A stretch of DNA of 63,902 nucleotides, filler included, from Collodictyon triciliatum (taxonomy: Eukaryota), in assembly GCA_043381765.1 (NCBI GenBank). It is 10 parts of 10 records of this genome, joined end to end, with 100 filler letters (N's around TTAATTAATTAA, not from the genome) between each part and the next. Parts side by side here need not be neighbours in the genome. Positions count along the whole stretch, not along the records: positions 46,777 to 53,354 come from JBHJMP010004366.1; positions 53,455 to 60,032 come from JBHJMP010004367.1; positions 60,133 to 63,902 come from JBHJMP010004407.1; 7 more parts are not named here. One strand, 5' to 3'. The notes under the pieces were generated by a model. That model was not told the DNA's origin, searched no databases, and saw only the letters and a program-made list of their open reading frames with translations. Position numbers and translations under genes: made by a program. This document shows, in pieces, positions 52,016-61,220 of this stretch (its first letter is position 1; every line of letters starts with the position of its first letter).

Positions 52016-53260
52016 TTAAGTTAATTTAATATTAACGAATTTTTCCCCTTCATATTTAAAATCTCCTATGTTGTCACTTATTGATAAATAATCATCTAAT
52101 GGAATTTTTGAATATAAACTGTCAGTATGAACATATACTATATTATTAATAATAGGGTTTAATATTTTTGTAAAATGTTTTCTTGAAGAACTATATAAAA
52201 AAGGTTTCATTCTTGGTAATGCGCCCTTATAAAAAAATGACTTATTATATAATGTTACTTCATATCCCCCACTATTCATTGGTTCAATTTTAAAATCTTT
52301 ATTATCATATATTATAAATTCCTCATCGCTTTTTATTTTTTTAACTACTTTATCAGATTCAACCAAAGCACCAAATAATATATTTAATAGATCTTTAATA
52401 ATATATTTTTGTTTAATGTTTTTCTTTTTTAAATTATATAAATATGTCACGTATTCATTAAATATGTCTGAACTATTAATACAATCTTTATTATCATATA
52501 TCAAAGCGTTATATTCTTCATCCATATTTAATTTAAATTTAAACCCTAGCTTATGAGCTTCTAATATATCAGTATGTGTATAAGTATCATTTTTATTTTG
52601 TTTAAATATTCCCGGTTTAAAATTAGAGATAGAACCTTTATAAATACCAATACTTATATTATTATAATCTATATCATCATCATTTAATTTATAAAATTTA
52701 CCTTCTTTAACTGGTATTTTAATATTTAATTGTGATAATACAAAAGGATAAAAGCTGTTTATATCATATGTATAAACTTTACCTGAATATTCTTTTTTAT
52801 ATTGAATGGCACCTAATACTGAATCTTCTAAAAAATTAACTTCTAGTTCTGATTTAACCGGTGATATTATTTTATATAGATCTTTATTAAAATCAAAAAA
52901 TAATTTAATAGCTAAGTTCTTAACTGAAGGATTAATAAATAAATTAATAGTTTCATTAGTAATTTTTTTTAATTCTATAGCATCATTATAAATTTGTTTA
53001 TGACAATCAATAATATTAATATGTTTATCCTCTTCTTTACAATATGAACAATATGAACACTTACTAACAATATTATATTGTGTTTTTCCTGCCATTGAAT
53101 CACTTATTAGCTTACGTCCTTTTATTAAATCTTCTTCAACTATAAACTTTTTATTACTTACTAAAAATAATACTTTATTATCTACAAATTCATAAAATAA
53201 TATTTCTTTCTCTTTATATAAGTTAATGCCATTTAAATAAATGTTTGTTTTACAATCCAT
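52016..53260 (-). CDS. Minimal family B DNA polymerase-like protein (pPolB-related)
   Basis: Motif A YDINSFYP, motif B KDLLNILFG, YSSSR, motif C variant YVHTDS, IGDFKYE; only 414 aa, with no recognisable Exo I-III motifs. Confidence 0.8.
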   Translation of the reverse strand: MDCKTNIYLNGINLYKEKEILFYEFVDNKVLFLVSNKKFIVEEDLIKGRKLISDSMAGKTQYNIVSKCSYCSYCKEEDKHINIIDCHKQIYNDAIELKKITNETINLFINPSVKNLAIKLFFDFNKDLYKIISPVKSELEVNFLEDSVLGAIQYKKEYSGKVYTYDINSFYPFVLSQLNIKIPVKEGKFYKLNDDDIDYNNISIGIYKGSISNFKPGIFKQNKNDTYTHTDILEAHKLGFKFKLNMDEEYNALIYDNKDCINSSDIFNEYVTYLYNLKKKNIKQKYIIKDLLNILFGALVESDKVVKKIKSDEEFIIYDNKDFKIEPMNSGGYEVTLYNKSFFYKGALPRMKPFLYSSSRKHFTKILNPIINNIVYVHTDSLYSKIPLDDYLSISDNIGDFKYEGEKFVNIKLT

Positions 53261-53454
53261 AATATATAATAAAATATAAAAATATTTCTTTAAGTCATTT
53301 TCAATTTATTATTTAAAATTTATATTTTAAAATCGCCCCTTCCTTCCCTCCATTNNNNNNNNNNNNNNNNNNNNNNNNNNNNNNNNNNNNNNNNNNNNTT
53401 AATTAATTAANNNNNNNNNNNNNNNNNNNNNNNNNNNNNNNNNNNNNNNNNNNN

Positions 53455-55508
53455 CACTTGTTTAATGTTTTTTGACACATAATTGTCCAGCATGACCCAA
53501 TTGGAATATTTTTAGATTCGCCAGCATTGAAAGCTGTTTGTGTGCCATCGGACCACAAATTTACACTATCTGAAGTAAATTCTACTTGAGCAAAAGCACT
53601 TGCGAACCCACCCTGGTCAAGGTGTATAATTTTAATAGTCCATCCATCTGGAATACTAGCAGTATTTGCAGACGGAAGCAATAATTTTGCGGTTACAGTG
53701 TGTTGCTGAGGACGACTAATAAAATATATCGGAGGACTATTAGTACCGAGAGTTATAATTCCTGACGTGTTATGGTTCGCATAATCTTGGATTGGGCATT
53801 TTGTTTGTTCAATATGTTTCTCAAATTCGGATCTATCAGGTCTAAAAATTACATTCCGACTCGTATTGACAGTAATACTTACAAAAAATTGTGAGCTCTC
53901 TGTCCCACCTCTGATGCAATTTGTTAACGAAGAAACAGTACCAAACCTAACTTCCTGCCCCGAAGGTAATTCTACACGAGTCGCCTCAACAGTTCCACCC
54001 ACGGTTAGATTATTTGTGATCGATGCGCTACCCGAAGAACTGAACCCGGTAGCTGTAACCGTCCCTGGAAAAGTTGCATTGCTTGCCATCCAATGTGAAT
54101 TAATGTACCAGATATTATTATGAAATGTACAGTGAAGAGATGCGCGTGTTGATACATCGACTGTCGTAGTAAAATTATTTGTTAGCCCTCCTTGATAAAC
54201 TCGTAAAGTAACACCCGCAATTGGCGTTAATTGAAGAACAGCGCCTGATAAATTGCTATTCGGCACAATATAAAATGACATTCCATTTGTAAAGCCAGAG
54301 CTAAGAAATCTTAATACCACAGGTGTAAAACCCCCCATATCAACTATAACATTGTTACTAAATGTTGCGCCCAGGTCGAAAGTTTGAGCGTTGGCAGTTA
54401 CAGTAATTACATTGGTTGGTTGAATGATCTGTTGAGATAACGTTAAATTTCCCGTAAGATTTGCGCCCGTATTATTTATATTCAGTCTTTCTACACCATT
54501 AGTTCCAATAAATATATTGTTGTCCGTGCCCCACAATCCACTGGGTGTTGTTGTGTCATTAAATAACAGAGACGGGGCAGCTGCCGATCCTGCTGTTGTA
54601 AGATTTAACTGTCCTGCTATGTTATTTGTTCCTGTGCCTTGTACAATTAAATTTGATGTAATTGTTAAATTACCAATGACTCCGTTTTTATCTGTACCGT
54701 GACGTATAATTAACCAGCTTGTTAAACTTGCAAAATACACACATTGGTAAATATAGCCAATTGTAATAATAACAGCTGGAGGTATTGTTCCACTGCCTGT
54801 ATTGGGAATTACATTCCTTGCACCATCATAATAAGTTTCCATACTAATGGATGTACTACTTGTAGTAAGCGTACAAGTGAATGTTCCGCCAGAAGCAAAT
54901 GGATTAAACCAAAATTGTGTCCCATTTGCTAAAGCTGGTAATGTATATGTTACATTATTATTTGTATAATTGATGCGTTGAAAAGTCGGATCGCTTTGAA
55001 CCACTGTTCTACTAGTACCAAATGAAGTAAAGGTGAAACAAAGTCCATTATTTATTACTAATGGAACAGACATAGTACTACCATTAGAATCCCACGTCTG
55101 TCTTGCAACATTTCCAGTAATTATTCCCATTACATTGGTCGATGAAAGCCCATAAAGGCCCGTATTGCTGGCACCAATTCTTAACCCCGAACCGCTTCCA
55201 GATCCAGTTCGAATAATATCTATAGTTGGGTTGTCAGTAAATGTATATGTACCGGCACCTGTTGAATTTAGAATTTGACCTGTAGCTGATGGAGTCGGGA
55301 CCTGGTTCACTACAGCCCACGACGGCACTGACCCGTTCGTCGTCAGAAAACGTCCAGCATTCCCCGTTTGACTAGGCAGCTCAGCCGGTGCTACTGTTTC
55401 CTGCAGCCACTGTAAATAAAGCCCACTTGAATCTACTTTCAAAATTTTGTTTGCGTCTGTATTGGAAAATTCCGGTAGTTCCTTTTCTTCTGTTATGAAA
55501 AAACCCAT
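53455..55508 (-). CDS. Putative fibre/spike protein, 3' truncated
   Basis: Thr/Gly/Ser/Asn-rich; tail-fibre-like motifs LPSQTGNAGRFLTTNGSVPSW and GSAAAPSLLF; N-terminus shared with the element A fibre. Confidence 0.65.
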
Positions 55509-55523
55509 ATTCTAGGCAAGAAA

Positions 55524-56291
55524 TTAAAAGTCTGGAATAATCCGCAGCGTGAAGCTGTAGTCCTGAATTTGATTAATTGTCTGCCCCAGTCTGTCGACCA
55601 ACCGGAAATTCCAGCTGAACGGAATATAACTGCAGTCCATCAGATTCTCTAGGATATTGTCATTTACCTCATAGTAACTCGAGTACCGTGAACCAACACT
55701 CAGCGGTATTTTTGCGATAATGCCATTGCCGCCGATGTTGCTGGCAAAACTTGACGACTGAATATTGGGGCTGACTAAATACACGTAATCAAACGGACGG
55801 ACATTGACCATATTCTGCAGCTCAACAAACGACGTATTGAACGAGAGATTGGCCGTCAGTCCAATCAGGTCCCGGCACGTCGACGAATTCACAAACAGTT
55901 GATATGATATACTAGCACCGTCTCCTTTGATAGCAATCTTTTGTTTGCCAGTAAGAAATGAAACTGAAACAACTGCATTAGCTGACTGGGATGCTGTGAC
56001 TGCGTTCATTTTTGTTCTAATGTCACTGACTATTTCATTGATGGTTTGTAATCCAGTTTCAAGTGACACATTGTATGAAACGGGGCTGCCTGCTCCGACT
56101 TGGCAAAGAAAAGCCAATTCATTGTTGGCGGATGTGACATTGTGCACGGCATAAGGTATTTGAATACTTTCAAGTGCGACCCTGGCACTGCTTGCCACGT
56201 ATCTGTTTTGAGTTGTTGCAAAATTAAAGTCTGATATACTGCCGCTTTCTCTGTTGGCTGAATCGACGTGAATGTAATAAGCTCTCTCCAT
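55524..56291 (-). CDS. Putative minor capsid (penton) protein
   Basis: YYIHVDSANR..DF, NVRPFDYVYLVS, WNFRL, YSFTLRI; homologous to 48431..49168. Confidence 0.75.
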   Translation of the reverse strand: MERAYYIHVDSANRESGSISDFNFATTQNRYVASSARVALESIQIPYAVHNVTSANNELAFLCQVGAGSPVSYNVSLETGLQTINEIVSDIRTKMNAVTASQSANAVVSVSFLTGKQKIAIKGDGASISYQLFVNSSTCRDLIGLTANLSFNTSFVELQNMVNVRPFDYVYLVSPNIQSSSFASNIGGNGIIAKIPLSVGSRYSSYYEVNDNILENLMDCSYIPFSWNFRLVDRLGQTINQIQDYSFTLRIIPDF

Positions 56292-56325
56292 ATTCTACCC
56301 CAGAAATTATTTTCTTGGGAATTGT
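56292..56325. promoter_or_regulatory. 34-bp candidate bidirectional promoter with inverted TTTCT boxes, each 10 nt from an ATG
   Basis: AGAAA-TTAT-TTTCT at 56302-56315; same spacing recurs at 55519-55523 and 56665-56669. Confidence 0.6.
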
Positions 56326-56673
56326 ATGAGTGATTCTGAAAACGAAATGAATACCATCGAAAAAAAAACGAAACCAAAACGAGTTGCATCGGAAAAACAG
56401 AGAGCGCATCTTGCGAAAATTCAGCCCAAGGCAACGGAGGCCAAGAAAAAAAATAAAGAAGTCATTCAGACCATAAAAACTTACCAAAAAGCCACAGCTC
56501 CATCAAACGAGCTAGGAGAACTAAAATCTGAAATGGCCAAAGTCGTAAAGTACCTGACACAGCAAGAAAACTATAAAATACAAAAACGCGCCCAGAAAAA
56601 AGCTCAAGCAGAAGCAATAGATAAAGAAACAACACAAGCTTACGCATATGATGTTAACAATTTATTTCGCTAA
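56326..56673 (+). CDS. Small basic coiled-coil protein (homologue of 49216..49575)
   Basis: SEKQRAHL..KATE..QTIKTY..ELKSE..NNLFR. Confidence 0.75.
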   Translation: MSDSENEMNTIEKKTKPKRVASEKQRAHLAKIQPKATEAKKKNKEVIQTIKTYQKATAPSNELGELKSEMAKVVKYLTQQENYKIQKRAQKKAQAEAIDKETTQAYAYDVNNLFR

Positions 56674-56679
56674 TAATAT

Positions 56680-57402
56680 ATGGAAGAAAAAAAAGTAAAC
56701 AACTTTAAGGTCGAGCCCCTGACTGTTATCAAAAAAAGCAAGCGACAAATTATGATTGAAGCATTACCAGACCCAGCAGAAACTCGGCCGTACTTAATGC
56801 TTATCAGTGCTAAGACGGGCTCAGGTAAAAGTATCTTGATCGCGAATTTGCTTAGAAAAAAAGAGCTGTATTACAAGTATTATGCAAAGTGTTATTTTTG
56901 TTCTAGTAATATGGTGGATGGTAAGATATCGGATGTGGCCTATCAGGGAATCAGATTTGCAAAGGCTCGTAGCTTTGATAATTTTACTGATGAAATATTT
57001 GACACAATTCTTCAGGACATAACCAAGGACGACGACTGGAAGGACGAGCAGTATCTGCTGGTGCTCGACGATTTGTCCACGGTGTTTGAACGGCCGACCA
57101 AACAGATGCTCAAAAACTTTCTTAAACATCGGCATTATAATCTCAGTATTATAATTGTGAGCCAGGCCATACGACTGATGAATCCAAAGCTAAGACAGAA
57201 TGCCACACACTTGATTTCGTTTTACACAAGTAATCAAAGGGAGCGTGAGGCGCTTAATGAATTGACGAATTTGTCGCAGAGCAAGTTTGATGAACTCCTG
57301 GAATATTGCACGGACGAGAATTATTGTTTTATGTTTATAGATTTGCTGCAGCCCAGGAAGCCAAAGATATACAAGAATTTCAACTCTGAAATCGTTTATT
57401 AG
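56680..57402 (+). CDS. A32-like DNA packaging ATPase
   Basis: KTGSGKS, LLVLDD, KHRHYNLSIIIVSQ, LRQNATH. Confidence 0.9.
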   Translation: MEEKKVNNFKVEPLTVIKKSKRQIMIEALPDPAETRPYLMLISAKTGSGKSILIANLLRKKELYYKYYAKCYFCSSNMVDGKISDVAYQGIRFAKARSFDNFTDEIFDTILQDITKDDDWKDEQYLLVLDDLSTVFERPTKQMLKNFLKHRHYNLSIIIVSQAIRLMNPKLRQNATHLISFYTSNQREREALNELTNLSQSKFDELLEYCTDENYCFMFIDLLQPRKPKIYKNFNSEIVY

Positions 57403-57888
57403 ATCAAATAAATTTGTCTGAACTAATATGTTCAAACTAATTATTAATGACACTACTTATGAATTTGAATCGTGGGAGGACCTGCAGGTTTTTCTGTATT
57501 CTCTGGAAAAAGCAAACAAGAAGAAGCAAAAGAAAAAGGTACTGGACGCAATATATAAAGTCGTGACCTATGATTCATTTCGCATTGTCTTTGAATGAAA
57601 GCCGGCCCCCTCCAACAATTTTCCGCCTCTAAATTCATTTAATTGATGTTGAGGTTGATGGTTAGTGGCTAAGAATTTTTCCTGCCCAAATCCTTTATAT
57701 ATTCTTCTTTTTTTTATTTTAAAATTTTAAAATTTTAAAAAAATAAAATAGAAAAATATAGGCGATTGGAGCCCGGGGTTTTTGCCTCCAGCTCCACCAT
57801 ACCGATCATCAAGCGGAGGCGGAAAGTTGTTGGAGGGGAGAGATTTTTTTTAAAATGTTGGCTTAAAACTATCCCCATATATAAGATT

Positions 57889-60032
57889 ATGAACGCAACA
57901 ATGGATCTCAAGACATTTATTGAAAAGCAAAACATCCCATATGCCTTTGCCTGGTATATGAAAACATCTGAAGGCGAAAAGATGACAGTTATTGAAAACA
58001 GTAATTGTAAGTTGGATGAATTAGAAAAGTGGAGGGACCAATCACGCAGTATGTTCAAGGACTATTGTTATGTCCTGAAACGAAATTTAAGAAAGGAAGA
58101 AAAGAAAGACTGTCAAAGAGTTTTTTCTTTGTTTTTAAAACACGACCCGAGTCTAGTGTGTATAGACTGTGACGATAAAAATATCCAAGACCCAGATGAA
58201 CTGGGTAAAGCTTTGGGTATTCCTGCAATCAATAATTCAATGTGTTGGACCAAGGGCAACACGAAAGGATTTCACATATATGTGCGAGATCCAAATTTTA
58301 ATAGAAGGTATGAGGGCATTAAAGTATTTGGCCCGGAGATTCCTGTTGATATCATCAAGTACGTAAGAAATGTTTGGGAAGACGAAAACAAGATTATTTA
58401 TAATGCAGAGTGCATTACAGAATTGAATTTATCGGAAATATTAATTCAAAAGAAACGCAAGGTTCACATTGAGGAATCAACTGAGGAATCAGCTAACGAA
58501 TCTGAACCAAAGTTGCCAAAACTTGGACTGGAGCAAAAAGAATTTCAGTCTGACTTCCACAGACAATGTTTTGTCGAATTCATGTTACAGAAGGCAGTTC
58601 TTAATCAATATTTTGCCAATATGCAAGGTGACTATGCTCAGTGGATAAAGATAGGTTACGCTCTAATTCACGAAAACATTTCATGTATAGACACTTACTG
58701 GTTAATAATTAGTCAGCAACTGCCCGACGACAAGCAATCTACCAACTTGGATAAATTACAGACTCTACGGGAATTACAAAGAAATGTAGAAATGAAAGTT
58801 TGCACAAAAGCTGTTTCTTACAAATACATTTTACAATTAATCAAAGACAGCCAACCACAAGTTGTATTTTCAAATTTTATGACTGATGTACAGGGGGGTC
58901 ACGTAGCACATTACCGGGAGCAGTATTATAAAAAAACAAAAGAAGAATTTGAAGCCAATCATTTTCAGTTCTATGGCAAAACAGTGCTTGTGATGGAGAA
59001 TTTCTCACTCAAGTTTTACAATCCATCTGACGCCAAGTTGCAGTATGCGCATTTGAATTTTTCTTTTCAAAAAGTTCATTTTAATTTCATGAATACATGG
59101 GTGGAAGACAAGAACAAGAGACAAATCACAAAATTAGTTTTGCGTCCTGACTGGCCCAAGAAATTAGAGTGCCCAAAAACCTACAATACATTTCAGGGAT
59201 ATGAGATTGAGAAAGTAGGAGATATTCGCCAATTGTTAAATAAGGAGGAGGAATTAGATTACAAAGAAAACAATCACATTCATCAGCTGATTGCCAAGTT
59301 GAGCAATTACAATTTCAAGGTGATGGAGGAGATAATTCAGTGGGTTGCGCATCTGATATTTGCACCGCAAGATATGGGTAGATTCCACACGGCGATGGTA
59401 TTTTATTCCCAGACAGAGGGCACAGGTAAGTCTTTGTTTACGCAAGATTTGTTATTGAAAAAAATTATTGGAACATGTTATGGAACAAAGACATCGAAGA
59501 TGGACGACTTGTTTGGAACCTTTAATGATATACTTGAAAACAAAGTTTATGTATTATTGGAGGAAGGTAAGAGAAAAGACGGGGTTGAATTTTCTGATGT
59601 TATGAAAGATTCTTTGGTTTCAGATACATTGGTGATTCATAAAAAAGGTTGCGACCGATATACAACTAATAATTGTGTGCATCTGATTATAAACACAAAC
59701 AATGAGACGGTTGTATCTGTGGACAATTCAAACAGAAGATATTTTTTGATTCACACAGACGAAAACAAATTATCAGTAAATGAAATTTTATTGAAAAAGG
59801 TTTTGGAAGATATATCAAGTCCTGATAAATGTTTACAGTTTGTGAGATATCTTTACACTAAATTTGATCCGAGTTGGAATAGTGAAAAATACATTGTGAA
59901 TGAGCAGGTTGAGCATGAGCATTTCAAAACTCATTTACAAGACCAGATTTCACAGACTGACCAGTTTTTATTAATTGCTTGTGAGGACGATGAAGTACGA
60001 ATTCAACACAAGTTAACTGATTCATTGAAAGG
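57889..60032 (+). CDS. D5-like primase-helicase (AEP/prim-pol + PriCT-2-like + SF3 helicase), 3' truncated
   Basis: CIDCD and KGFHIY primase motifs; YAQWIKIGYAL; Walker A EGTGKS, Walker B VLLEE, motif C IINTNN; first ATG at 57889. Confidence 0.88.
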
Positions 60033-60195
60033 NNNNNNNNNNNNNNNNNNNNNNNNNNNNNNNNNNNNNNNNNNNNTTAATTAATTAANNNNNNNNNNNN
60101 NNNNNNNNNNNNNNNNNNNNNNNNNNNNNNNNATCCTACCAACAAAAATAAAAAACAAAAAAAAAAAAAAAAAAATTAAAAAAAAAAAAAGAAGC

Positions 60196-60231
<36 letters not shown>

Positions 60232-61220
60232 GTCAAAAATCTGCTACTTCTCGCAAGTATTTATTCATCTTTTACGATTGCCCCCTTTTTTTGACGCGAG
60301 AAATGACATAAACCCTTTGTCAGTGAGTCAAGCATTTCAATCAGACTGAAACACACTCATCTGGCAGACTTAATTTGACTACATATACGTGAATCACAAT
60401 GTACATATACTCATGAAAATGTACCTAATAACTTCGCAAACTTGATAGGGATGATTTTCTTTGACAGATTGTATCACATTGTCCATCACGTCTCTGCGTG
60501 TTTTTATCTTGAGAAGAAGTTCCTGGCTACTTTCAACCTTGCCCTCCCATACATAGATACTCTCAATCTACTTATAGCCATGGGTGAAGAAATAGTTTGG
60601 TCTTACTCAAGAACAAAGTAATTTGTAAATGCGTATATCCCATTTAACGCATTTGATCTATTTTATCTTAATCTTTTTATCTTCTTTTTTTTTCCCTTCC
60701 AAAATCTCGTAAGTAGACAAACGAATCAATAATAATAAAAAAAAAATGAAATAGAATCGATGTGATAATAATCTCCTGACTAAGATCTGTCTACCCAGCC
60801 CGGCTCTGTCAAACAGCAAGACATATGAATCGGACAGGGCAAAGTCAAAGTACCTGGGGCACGATGTTTACACAAGCTGCCAGGCGCTGAGTCACCAGGT
60901 TACCCGCGATCTTCCGAGCAACTTCGATGGTCGGCACCGTGACAAAAGCCAAGCAATACCCAGCCGGACTCGCCATTCTCAGACGAATAGTCCTTTCCCT
61001 GTTGCACGAGAGATTGTTTGTGGGTGAAGGTTATGCGCCTGTCTGATGACAGGTTTGATCTGTGTCCAATCGAAGCACAAGCGGTTTGGATAATAACATC
61101 CCGCACCAAAGCCCAAAATTGCTATTATTGGAATTTAATAATAAACTATATTTTGATCATATGTAACTGATTAAACCTCCTATAGATATAATAATCGACA
61201 ATAATATATTCATAGTAAAC

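Larger units (their letters stand above)
46777..53354. mobile_element. Polinton-like virus/virophage-type element A (partial genome; major capsid not in view)
   Basis: Intronless, tightly packed, extremely AT-rich; encodes a penton-like protein, A32 ATPase, fibre and PolB-like protein. Confidence 0.85.
53455..60032. mobile_element. Polinton-like virus/virophage-type element B (partial genome; major capsid not in view)
   Basis: Same fibre-penton-basic protein-ATPase order as element A, intronless, visibly less AT-rich; carries a primase-helicase. Confidence 0.85.

Noticed and set aside
53300-53500. Elements A and B as one tandem or bipartite viral genome
   Set aside because: They are separated by a linker and adjacent only because both are 6578 bp; they duplicate the same core genes and differ in composition
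33417-60032. Fanzor/omegaRNA as an antiviral system targeting the PLV contigs
   Set aside because: Different contigs, the nuclease is disrupted, and I saw no match between the putative guide (about 33600-33620) and either viral contig by eye; an alignment would be needed
6586-60132. Regularly spaced TTAATTAATTAA palindromes about every 6.68 kb
   Set aside because: Artificial six-frame-stop linkers inside N runs; the periodicity reflects length-sorted contigs
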